NCBI GenBank assembly: GCA_043228905.1
Contig: JBHGNT010000015.1
Coordinates: forward strand, 3,658,001 to 3,722,000
DNA length: 64,000 bases
Direction of reading: 5' to 3'
From: Azolla caroliniana
Taxonomy: Eukaryota > Plantae > Polypodiophyta
A program made the position numbers and the translations under genes. This document shows, piece by piece, positions 52,234 to 64,000 of this stretch. The notes under the pieces were generated by a model that saw only the letters and a program-made list of their open reading frames with translations, did no database searches and had not been told where the DNA came from. The number at the start of each line of letters is the position of its first letter. The stretch's first letter is position 1.

Positions 52234-52882
52234 TTTTTTCTTTCTAAACAATATATCCTTCCATTAGTTTTAAAAAGCATATCTGCTACAAAATACAACC
52301 AATAGCTCAGTGTTGCTGCTTCCAGCAACACCTTTGTTTCAAAAGCTTCCTTTAGAACCTTGTGAAAGAGGGAATGATGTACAAAGCATTACTCACATAT
52401 TGCAGATATTTATCATGCAATTCAAACACATTCCGTACAAATGCCTGGTCTAATCCAGTTACAACATCCTTCTTCTCAGCCTTTTTATTGCTTGTTGTAT
52501 CTTTTGCTTGCTTTACTAATGTCATTCCTTCATCGGTGATATGCTTCTTGAAAATGTTTGCAATGGGATAAGAGACCTTTCGTTATTTTACAAAATAACC
52601 AATACATCCTTGACAGCTCCTCCACCTTGTCATCTCTCCGCAATGCATGGCATCCTAAATGCTCCTTTTCCAATAGTTGTTGCTCATATTGGGTAAGCAA
52701 CTTATGTTGAACTTTCTCCAACAGTTTTGGTTCACTGCTTGCATGTAAATAATGCCCAACTCTTTCTTTTTCTCGCATCATTACGCCAAGTACCTGAAAA
52801 CATTAGGTTTCTCCGTGTCTCTCTCCAAATATTCCCTTGCAATCAAGTCTTCAATCCTCTTCTTGATAATCTTGAATTCAGG
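52234..52882 (-). pseudogene. CUL1: Processed, segment-scrambled Cullin-1 retrocopy
   Basis: [33 protein letters not shown] (52781-52882), then [24 protein letters not shown]...HSLFHKVLKEAFE..NKGVAGSS (52288-52775). No introns. Flanked by the 19-bp direct repeat CTTAGAGTGTTTAACCTTC at 52215-52233 and 52883-52901. Confidence 0.88.
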
Positions 52883-54512
52883 CTTAGAGTGTTTAACCTT
52901 CCCATAAGATCTAGTGAAGCCATTGCTTAGTGGTTTAGCCCGGTTCACATTTAGAAATTTATAACCAACTCATTTTGAATCAAATCACGAAGCCAATACT
53001 TAATGGCTTAACCAATTTGATTCAAGTTTAGAAATTCGTTTTTCAACTTTTATAGGCTTAACGGTGTGGGAGTACAATTTTGAAATATTTATTACGTATA
53101 CAAATTACATGATATATGATATTATCATGAAGTTTTTAAACCTCGAGAATTCTCTTGAGTTTTAGTTTTCTTTTGAATTATTATTTTTAAAGTAAGCCTT
53201 TCTTCAAAAGTTGAAAATTGAATGTACAATCACCAACATTCGGTTGGAGCCAAAAGTGAATGTCACTTAATGGTTTGTTCACCTCTCAAACATTTTGGTT
53301 TCAGCTTGAAAACCCCTCAAACAATTATTTGAATGGTTTTGGCTAAAAAATATTGGGTTTTAAAATTTCACAAGTCAATTTGGTTCTATTTAAGTTTCTA
53401 AATTTTTTATCGTTTGGTGGAAAGCGATTTGAGTTTGAGACTCCCAAACCAAAGCAAACCATGCCAATTGCTAATAAGATCCTCACCGATAGAATAGGAA
53501 CAAGAAGGGTTATTTGTATTCTAATGTTGATTTAATATATACGCTACTTTCACAACTAAGTTTTGCACACTTGTACTTGGAGAAGTTGCCCTTAAATCAC
53601 TTAGTTTTACAACACAAATAGAGGTTTTATGTTGCCATAAGATCCTCACTATTGTAGTAGGTATGGCAATATTATTTTGTATTGTCATGTTGTTTGAACA
53701 TGCACACTGATTTAGCAAAAAAAAAGGGGCAACATGTCCATAATCTAGGCTTGCATTCGACTAAATTTGTTAAATTTTACGATATTTTTTATAACAATAA
53801 TTTTGTGTAGTAACACTTCCACGTAAATTAACCACAAACAAAAGTAAATACTATTACTAACAAGTTAACCACACACATAGAAACAATGCAATCCTATAAT
53901 CCAATTAAAGCAAAAGTGAGTTCAACATTTCATGATGTCACAACTATTTATCAAGAATATGTTTGGGTAACTTGTTTCTCTTATTGGTTGAGTTTCTTTT
54001 ATCATTCATAAACTTGTATGAAAAAGTACAATAAGTTTATTAGGAATTTAATAGAAGTGTCGATGCAGCAATCTCGGATCTTGTTCCCTTTGTGTAAAAG
54101 GATTTCAAGATTCAAAATACAAACCGATGCTTTATTGACTAAAGTGTGTTCAAGAAGATTGTGGCAAACGAGCTTTGCAGAAAATCTAGGGAAATGACCA
54201 AAGAGAAAGGGGGCAAGTGGGCGAAAGCGCGAGTCGGGAAATCTCCGCATCCGGATGATCACACTATCACGAAGCAAGCACCCACAAGTTTACTAAGGGG
54301 GAGAGTCAACAAAGAGAAGTGTAGGGTGTGGATGGTATCTCTCTTCTCCCTCTTTTGTTTTTACTTATTTATTTATTTATTAATTGTAATTATCTTACCC
54401 TAGAAGTAAGTCGTTTACACTACTATTACTACATCTTGGGTTCAAAACCCAAATTTCTCATCTCTATATATTAGACCATATATATCTTTCTTTCACTAGA
54501 AGATGGCACTAT

Positions 54513-54580
54513 GGAATGTAGGGGTTGAACACATGACCACATGGTCTCGATTGGGCAACCTTACCAACTGAGCTACGTCC
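54513..54580 (-). other. tRNA-derived SINE head or tRNA pseudogene
   Basis: Minus strand GGACGTAGCTCAGTTGGTAAGG (A box)...GTGTTCAACCCC (B box) at tRNA spacing. Stems are imperfect. Confidence 0.55.
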
Positions 54581-54695
54581 ATCTAGGTTGCATTGTATCC
54601 TTCTCTCTCTCTCTCTGTGATCGTGTTCATGTCTATAAATGTTTCGGAAGCATCGGATTGCGAGGCTTTTCAACCCGAAGGTTTAGTGATTGAGG

Positions 54696-54760
<65 letters not shown>

Positions 54761-55932
54761 ATCCAAGTCTTTGCTCTTGTTGTCATTAACAAGGTAGGGG
54801 GTGGCGCGCTGTGCCTCATGGATTGGTAATAATGGGAATGATAAGTTAAGTTAGTTGAAAAGATTGTGAGGAAGAGGGTGAAATGGGATGAGATGGGATG
54901 GGATGGGATGAGGTTGGTTGGTTGGTACAAGACAAAAGCCCAATCCAAAATGAAAGGTAGTGAGTGTTAACCTCCTTATCCATCCATCCACAAAGAGAAA
55001 GACAAAGCAAGGGACTTGAATTATTGATTGAAGGTAAGATGTTTTTCCTTGAAATTCCTTCTTCTTCTTCTTCTTCTCCTTCTTCTTCTTTCTTTCTTTC
55101 TTTCTTTATTTTGAACTTGATGGTGCTCATGATGATGATGATGATGATGATTATCATCATCATGAAAGGACCTCTGGAATTTTGAATAATGGCCCATGGT
55201 TGTTGCTATAGCTTTACCCTTCCTCTCTCTATTCCCACTTCTCTCTTTAGATCAATTACCTTAAAAATTCAAATTTGGCCCATAACCCTCCTCCAATCTC
55301 CCCTGTTTCTACCCCTGTCTCTGTCTCTGTCTCTGTCTCTGTCTCTCTATGTATATACATATATACAGCACTTGAAAAAAACTACTAACCTAGTTTAGTG
55401 CCCTGTTTTCTGCATCATCATCAAGAAAACAGAGCAACACTTGATGTTGGCCCCCCTCCCCTGTTTTTGCCCTTTTTGCATAAATAAAGAAGAAGAAGAA
55501 GAAGAAAAAGAAGAAGAGGAAGCTTACTTAGCATTAGAAGACAAAGATGTTTTCATGACTCAGAACATAAAACATAAAATTCTGCTTGGGCTTAGCATTA
55601 ACACAAAATAGTCACTGACATAAAAAGAGGCTTAATGCTCTGTTTTCAGCTTGTTGCAAAGAGTTCTCCTGTTACAGTCAAGGTCCGGACTCCCCCTCAA
55701 CACAATACACAAAGAGGTATGGCAAAAAGCAGCCCTACAATTCAGCATCTTCAATTTAAGACCAGTGTTCAACCAAACTCAACTAATGGCTTCTTAACAT
55801 CCAGATATATATACACACACATGTATATATAACAGAATTTGACACAAAGACTCTAAATTTAGGTATATTTCTTATTTGTCACAACAGTATTAAAGGGGGG
55901 AGAAATAGACCTTCCCCTGCCCTAACTTATGC

Positions 55933-56651
55933 ATGGAAGGCAGGGATTCATCAGCTAACACCAACAATATACCAGGACCCAATTCTTTTAGTGCAATTCT
56001 GCAAAGAACTATTGATGCCCACCATCACTCTGGGGCAAGTGAGAGCTCTAACCTAGGTCCATCTAATATGCCTCATGGATTACATGCTCCATCACCCATG
56101 AGGCGCCCTTTGGGTTTTGTCCATAACAACATGAACCCCACAATCAATACAAACCCGATGCCTGCCTATACATCTGAAATGGGCAGCAATCTGAGTAGCC
56201 ATATTGGAGTTGGCCAACATCCTATGCATGTGGGTGACATAACCGGCCGCAGTGTACCGCTTGTTTCTAAGAGGAAGCGAGGACGGCCCCGGAAGTATGG
56301 ACCGGATGGAAGTATGGCCAACTTGGCTTTGGTGTCTCATCCAGTGAGTGCTCCTGGTGGCCCTGCCCCTGCCCCTGCCCCTGCCCCCGCCCAAGCATCG
56401 AGCTCTGCGGCTTCACCAAGCATGCAGAAAAGAGGGCGAGGCCGGCCTCCTGGCTCGGGAAAGAAGCAACAACTAGCAGCTCGAGGTACTTACACCTAAT
56501 TTTCCTTTGAACCCTCTGTTGTTTCTCTGGACATCGTTGAATGTTGAATTGATTGTTCTTGCACCTGTAGTGTTTTACGTACATACATACATACATACAT
56601 ACATACATACATACATACATACATACATACATACATACATACATACATACA

Positions 56652-56685
<34 letters not shown>

Positions 56686-56737
56686 CATACATACATACAT
56701 ACATACATATAGCTATGTATGTATGTGTAACGGAGTG

Positions 56738-56811
<74 letters not shown>

Positions 56812-58755
56812 ACGTACCCACGTATATATGTATGTATACATATAATAAACATGTATATGCATATGTATATGAATACATACATGAACACATATATACACAT
56901 GCATACATGTATACATTGGTATGCATTATATGTATGCATTCATATTCAAACATATTGGAATAGCAACAGAGGCAAGAGAAGCTGCTTCAGCTCTAAATCA
57001 AACACATTGTCTCTAAAAACAACTGGTTTGGGGATATTTAGATTTTCCGAACCGCCCCAACTACAGTTGAGGGAATACATCTTTGATTCCCTTCTTCCTG
57101 TAGGTGTGTGTATGTATGCATGCACAAGGGCATGAGCACCACACTGATGGACAACTCTCAAAGTAGTTTGTTTCTAAGGATTAATCATGGTGCATCGATA
57201 TTTGTGCTTTACCAGAGAGGCCGTCAACAGGCACAGCTGGAGTCGGCTTCACTCCACATGTGATAACAATTGCAGCGGGGGAGGTAAGATAACTCTGTTT
57301 TGTACTTCTGCTCTTTTATGTATGTACCTCGATTTCCTGAAGTTTTTCCTGTCTTGTGAATATTAAGGCCATACTGACAATTGTGATCGGAGTTATTCCA
57401 TTTTAAAAATATATTAAAGGCTGCTGTTGAGCATACTTTCTTCTTATTTGCTCTGTTTTGTTTTCGAAGGCGGAATTGAAGGGGTTTGTTTTTCTTCTTC
57501 ATATGCATGCTCATACCTACCTCTTGTGAAATGCAGGATGTTGCCATGAAGATAATGTCCTTATCACAGCTAGGATCATGTGCTGTATGTATTTTGTCAG
57601 CTAATGGCGCTGTTTCCAATATCACACTCCGTCAACCCGCAACTTCTGGCGGAACTGTAACCTATGAGGTGGGCTTTATTGTGCCATTTCTTTCACAAAA
57701 ATGAAAGATACTAACATTCACTTAATTCTAATTTCTTTTTCTCGGATTGGGGTAATGGGTCTTTCAAATTGCTTCTCCATTTGATTGACATTTAAAATGA
57801 ACCAATCATATAGCTTCCAGGTTAGGAAGATCGAGTTCTACCCCCTCGATGTTCCACCAAAATAGCTTCCAGAATTCCCTTGATCCCATTGTGAGATAGG
57901 GATTGAAGAAGAAGAAGAAGAAGAAGAAGAAGAAGAAGAAGAAGGAAACTGAATTGAATCATACTATACACTTGAACGTTACACCCAGCTTTTTTGAATC
58001 AACTGACAAATCCTAAAGGCTTCACACGTACTTAGACTTCATATATACCTTCTGGTGCAATCGATGGTTGAGATAATATAATGCATATCATCATCAAAAA
58101 ATCCTTGACACTCTCTCTTTATGCTGTGCTTTAACAATTTTGTAAGATTTAGTGTACCCTTTGTGACTGAAGATTTTGGTTTACAGGGACGATTTGAGAT
58201 TTTGTCTCTTTCGGGATCATTTCTCCCGATGGAGAGTGGCAATATATATGGAAGAACAGGTGGATTGAGTGTGTCTTTAGCAGGTCCAGATGGGAGGGTC
58301 ATTGGAGGAGGAGTTGCTGGACTTCTCATGGCAGCTAGCCCAGTTCAGGTATAAAAGAAAAACAAAACAAAAAAAATATAGTTGTGCAATTTTGTGATTA
58401 GTGAATTGAAGAAGAAGAGGAAATCTGACATTTGCAAGGGACTTAACAAACCAATGATTTGCAGGTAGTTGTAGGCACATTTGTGTCTGAAGAAGAGAAA
58501 TCGAGATCGTTGGATTCCGAGGGCAGCCTTCCGAGTGATGTTCAAGGGCTAAATGTGAATGCTCCTGCAGCCCCAGCAATGCATCATTCTATGAACCAGT
58601 CTTTAGCCAAGTTTGAAAACCCTTCACACAGTCATGGCAGCACCATTCAGCAGCATCCTCACCCACAAACTCATGGTGTTTTTCACCCTGTGTCATGGAC
58701 TGGTCCCGATGCGAGACACAACACATATGTCAATATTTCACTACCAGGCGATTGA
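55933..58755 (+). CDS. AT-hook motif nuclear-localized (AHL) protein, intron-containing clade B type, two AT-hooks plus PPC/DUF296, ~401 aa
   Basis: Exons 55933-56485, 57216-57283, 57537-57668, 58187-58348 and 58465-58755 (GT-AG, in phase, 1206 nt). Motifs: [62 protein letters not shown]. Confidence 0.95.
56578..56810. repeat. (TACA)n and (TA)n microsatellites in AHL intron 1
   Basis: Directly visible. Confidence 0.95.
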
Positions 58756-61700
58756 TCATTGAAACGAAACCCCTCTTTCAATGTCTCTATTGAATGTTGT
58801 ATTGTGTTGATTCTTTAAGTAGAAGAAGAAGAAGATGATGATGAAGATGTAGATGAAGATGAAGATGTAGATGATGATGATGAAAAAGGAAACAAACACT
58901 CTAGTTTCTTTTGAATATCTTGCTGATCCATCACCAAGACTTAGTTCAGTAACCATGGCGGCTTCAGCATGAGCATACATGAAATGGCATGCTAACTACC
59001 AACTATTTGACTATTAATTTGTACAATCATCAATTAATGTGTTGTAACTACATTGTAATCCGATGTGATCCAATATGACGCAGAGGACAAATTTCAACTA
59101 ATTATTTGGGAGTTTCAACGCGGGGTCTCGATGTGAGTTATAAATATGAATATCCTTGTCTCTCATGGCTTGCTTTGCCTTCTCTCATCTCTGTCGATCC
59201 ATTTGTTTTTGTTTAGCATTGGTTTATAAATCATAGCAGCAAATGTGTAAAAGAGAGGGAATGTACATTCTATCAAATTTGTATGCCATTACCTCTTTCA
59301 CTCTCTCTCCTCCACATAGGTCATGTTTTACCGGCCTCCTGAGGAACATGATATATCATCATCACCATCAGATTTCACTATTTTTCATCTTCCTGATCAT
59401 GTAGGCACTGTGGAACATAATGATTTAACCCTAATCCCTGATACATGAAGAAACAAAAAGATTAATCTGTATGTGGTTTAAAATGATGTACAAAAAAAGA
59501 CAACGAGTACTAAGTTCCATTATCTAAGATGCCACTCATATAATAATGACAAAATTCTAGAGCATATCAATGAACACGGAATATAAAAGACCAAGACTAA
59601 TAAACAACCAAGAACCAAAGTCAAAACCAAACCACATCATCAGCATCAACACCATTGTCTTCTTCTTCTACTTCTTCTTTTTAGACTATGGGTAATTACT
59701 ATGGAAGCTTGTTGGAAATTGAGGACATGGACAATTCACAAAAATTGTTGGGCCCCATTGGTTTTCAAATGGTTCTTGTGAGTAGTAGAAAGCCATCTCT
59801 TTTTGTCCACACCTGCGTTGCAGAAAATATGTCTAGGTGATGGTCCCATGCACAAAACAAATCTCTACTACAAAGACCTAAATTTGCTGTTGCAATGCAA
59901 CACCCCATCCTATGTATCCATGCCCATGTAAGTAGGCATTCATTGGATCAAAGGCAAAAGGAAGGGATGTCTAAATCATCTATCTCATCTTCTCAAATAA
60001 TTTAGAAAGGAAGTGCTTTGTGGTCATATGGCAAAATCCGTGCACTATAGAGGAATTTAGCATAGTTGTTTGTTGGCATATGAAGGTGATGTCTACATTA
60101 TCTATCCTTTCTTGTTGAAAAATGTACAAAGGCAATGCTTTGTGAACACATGATAAAACTGGTACATTATAGAGAAATTCAACATGGCCCTTGGTGCAAG
60201 CTTGCATCACACACTATCATGTAACCTCTTGTTTTCCTCCTCCTTTGGGCCTTTCCTCCGACACACCTTGCTTGAATTTTTCAACAATTGAATGAATATA
60301 AGGCTTCTTCCTATCATATATACATCCTTTTTTGTCGTGTCTCACTTGTACAACTCTGTAAATTTAGTGTGTGAGATTTTGGCGATTCTTCTAATGTTGG
60401 GGTCGACATCCTTTTTGCTTTAGTATGTTAAAGCAATGGGGGTAGGTTGAAAATGTAGGTATCGTTCTTAATGGTGGAGAAGTAGCCTAGAATCCACGAA
60501 CAATAAAGCTACTCATGATCCCGCTTTGTACATAATAGACGATGATGTGTATACACAACATCGTCATGGTTCGAACTTTTTTAAAGCAAAATGTCCACCT
60601 CCCAAACTTGGTTGGTTCTTGCAAAAAGTTGTCTAGGGGCTTGATTAAAAATATCATCGTGAATCATTAAGAAGGATGGTTGTTTACAAAACGGATCGCC
60701 CTCTCTTGAACATATTTATGTTTTATAGTGGAACAAAGCAATAAATTGCATTTCAACATATTATGTTTATAGTGGAATAAAGTAATAATGCCACGGAGAA
60801 TTCCTGTGTGGCAATGCTCCTTAATCCCCGACGACTTACTAGCTACACGAATTCGCTTGTTTTCGCTTGGAATAAAGTAATAAATTGCAACGAAATGCCT
60901 GCAGAATTCCATGTGACAATGATCCTTAATCCCTGAACGACTTACTAGCTAGCATGTTTTCGCTTGCGTGAGACGATGGGCCGAGGAACTTCAACAAAAC
61001 GAACGAATCACATTCTAAATGGTGAAAGTGATTTGTTTGAATTAGCAAATAGTATATGGAGTCTAGAACCTCTTAACTAATTACATATGTATGTATGTAT
61101 GTATGAATGTATGTATGTATGTATGTATGTATGTAGTGAGTGAGCAAGAAGATATAAGAATTTATAGAGCAACGAAAGTATGAAGAGAGCCGCCATAGCC
61201 ACATTGACACGCAGGGCAGGGGCTAAAGAAGAAGGAAGAGAGAGAGCGCAGAAAGCAGAAAGCAGAAAGCAGAGAAGAAGCATGGCAGACGCAAGTCTTT
61301 TGAGATGAGACAACAGACACAGAAAGAGAGAGAGAGAGAAAGAGAGAAAGAGATGGGTTGTGTTCTCTGTGTGTCTGTGTGTGTGTGTGTGCAGAGAGAA
61401 ATGATGCATGATACTCTACTAATCCAAACAGACTCTAGAATCTGTCTGAATATGTATGCTATGTATGTATGTATGTATGTATCATCATCATGTTATGTTA
61501 TGTAATGTAATGGATGGGATAGGATGTTCTCTTCTGTGTCTGTAATGTAATGAATGGGATGGATGGGGGTATGTTATGTAATCCTCTCTCTCTGATAATC
61601 GAGAGCTCTCTCTCTGTCTCTCTGTCTCTCTTTGGTTTTTGGTATATATATGTAATAATGTATGTATATCTACTCAACATTAATTCGCACAATATGTGTA

Positions 61701-63690
61701 TATGTACATATACATATATAAGTATGTACATATTATGTATGTATATAAATTATAATATATATATATATACAGAGAGAGAGAGAGAAGATCTTGGAAAGAA
61801 AACCCAAAAAGAACCAAATTTGTTGTTGTTTTTTTTAAATTTTCCCCTTCAAATCAAAGGCATCAAAGAAATTGAACGCAAAAGTTAGAGTCAATCCAAT
61901 CCAATCCCAGTTTTCTAATTTCCATTCCATCCAATCCAATCCAATCCAATCCATCCATTAATTCTCTTCTATTTTCTTTTCATACACTTATATATAAGTA
62001 TGTATATATATGTGTGCAAATCCATTACATCTATTTATTACCTTCTAATCCCTCCCTCCCCCCCCCCCCCCCACCACCATATCATCCCAAAACAAAACCT
62101 TATATTATCCTTCCTTCGATCGATCTCTCTCTGTCTCTGAATTTTAATTATTATTTTTTAAACCTAATTCTAATTCTAATTCTAAATACTGTCTCCTCCT
62201 CCTCCTGCTTTAGGTTTAGGGTTTCCCAATTGATCCACAACACATCATATGCATCTTCATTTTCTTCTCTCATTATCTAAATTTGGGCATCAAAATCATT
62301 TTACATACATAATTGATATAACACACACACACACATACTTCAGGAAATCGTCCCCCAAAATATAAAAGACGCTACTAATTCCAATTATAATTATTCCAGT
62401 AAATTCCCTTCTCTTTCTTTCTTTCTTTTCTTTTCTTTTCTTTTTTCCCCTTTTTTTTAATTTTAATTCCTTCCTTTTTTCTCCCCCCCCCCCCGTCCCA
62501 ACCCAATTCCATGAATTCAATGGCATTTCTGCTTTTTCTCATCTCCATCTTCTTCTCCATCTCCATCTTCTGCATCTTCTTCTTCTGCATCTTGTGCTGT
62601 ATCTTCTTCTGCATCTGCATCTGCATCTCCATCTCCATCTCCATCTCCATCGCTGATCCCCTCTTTGATCTTCAGTCCCCTCCCTCCATTCCTTGCTTCA
62701 TCCACGGATCGAGAGCCTTTGCTGTTGTTCCTCCTCCTCCTCGGCTGTCAGATCAAAGAAGCAAAAAACGAGAGCTTTTTGGCTTCTAGATCCGGATTTG
62801 CGTCAAGAGCCAGATCCTGCACAACCTTCTTCGAGAAGCTTGCAAGTTTCGGACGCACTCCCATCTTTCCTTCCCAGGTTTGTTTCCTTCGATTCCTTCA
62901 GTTCTTTCATAGAAATTGTTCCTTCATGCAGTGTTTTTTTTTCGTCTGGTTTTGCCACTCGATCTTCCTTGTTTAGTTTAGGTTTTCTTATATTTTTGCA
63001 GAATTACTCTTCCTGTACTCGTTTTTATTTTTTCCTGCGGTTATGTAGCCTCATCTTTGAAGTCGATCTTCCCTGTCGAGCTTAGGATTTCTTAGATTCT
63101 TGCAGAATTTGTTTTCCTGTACCATTCATTTTCCACAGCTTGCAGTTCCACCTTCCGTTTCTTACTCGTCTTCCCTCTTTTGATTTCTTCAATTTTCACA
63201 GAATTTCCTTCAAGCTAGAAACATCTCTTGGAAAAGCATCTTCTTTCTGTTTCCTGTCTCAGTTTATTGAACTTGTTTTTCTGCACATGATTTCCCCTCT
63301 TTTCCTGCATTAGTCATCCTTGTGAAGGTTTGTTCTCTTTGCTTCGGGCAGCTCATTTAAAGAAAGGCTATAGAAATGGATTTCTCCTTCAGTTTTATGG
63401 CTCACTTTGCAGTCTGACCGTCATTCTCTCGCATCCCATAGACTTTCTTCAAGAAAGGCGTCTGTGGTTTTCAGTGTGTTGATATTCTCTCTCCAAGTTT
63501 TTTCTCTTTGATTCTTTCACCATCATTTGGTTTCCTTTGTCAGTTTTCTTTCTTTAGATTTTCATATCTTCCTTGTTTGTTTCAACGTTTCAATTCTCCA
63601 GTCCTTGCAGAGAGGTACGCATTGTCTAGTGCTTTGGCCATGGTGAAGAAATCCCTTCAAAAATTATGGTAGAAGACCTGTTTCCACCAC

Positions 63691-64000
63691 ATGATGTCAC
63701 GTCCACTCGCTTCAGTTAAGGCTAGCAAATATAGTCACTTGTTACTAGCGGTCTACTGTGGGAAGAAGAAAAGGTCCGAGAGTGGTACTCAAGTTTCTAT
63801 CTCTACAACACTCAAACTCAGGTTTTCACCATTGTCAATCCATAAACCAGTCAACTTGAATGAAAAAGCAGAGCCACGAGAAGGAGAAATCACTCAGAAC
63901 AGTGGAGAAACTCGCCCACCGAAGGCTTCTATAGATCTTGTCACAGGGGGCCAGCTCGAGGTTTACCATTATAAGCCGAATTCTTTGTCTATCCAAACAG
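63691..64000 (+). CDS. Possible start of a third gene; open frame runs off the window; product unknown
   Basis: MMSRPLASVKASKYSHLL...YHYKPNSLSIQT is open to the window end. It follows a candidate acceptor (TTGCAG ~63608), a pyrimidine-rich intron-like stretch and a microsatellite-rich promoter/5' UTR-like region (61000-62880). Confidence 0.35.
   Translation, partial: MMSRPLASVKASKYSHLLLAVYCGKKKRSESGTQVSISTTLKLRFSPLSIHKPVNLNEKAEPREGEITQNSGETRPPKASIDLVTGGQLEVYHYKPNSLSIQT

Noticed and set aside
52530-52781. Functional cullin gene
   Set aside because: Fragmentary, frameshifted and scrambled, with no promoter or introns.
56267-56963. ORFs rich in YI/YVCM/HT repeats (similar cases at 3498-3936, 25544-26520, 54593-55185, 61077-62789)
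   Set aside because: These are translations of microsatellites.

Overview
Eukaryotic nuclear DNA from a land plant. The genes, microsatellite load and transposon families suggest a fern or other non-seed plant, but this is inference. The window holds two complete intron-containing host genes on the + strand: an atypical cinnamoyl-CoA-reductase-like SDR (26869-29093) and a two-AT-hook AHL/PPC protein (55933-58755). The likely start of a third gene lies at the right edge. The rest is layered, mostly decayed transposons: a full-length hAT (8-bp TSD) inside a Copia solo LTR (5-bp TSD), two internally deleted Copia elements, L1-like LINEs, and two RTEX/CR1-like LINE families with microsatellite tails and a co-varying 3' hairpin. 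Other notable items are a 3.5-kb LTR-type insert whose two ends are non-homologous, a possible Sola2-like transposase remnant next to a palindromic 52-bp satellite, a nad5 NUMT, and a segment-scrambled CUL1 retrocopy flanked by a 19-bp TSD. No CRISPR array or prokaryotic system was seen. All family assignments come from motif recognition by eye, not database searches.
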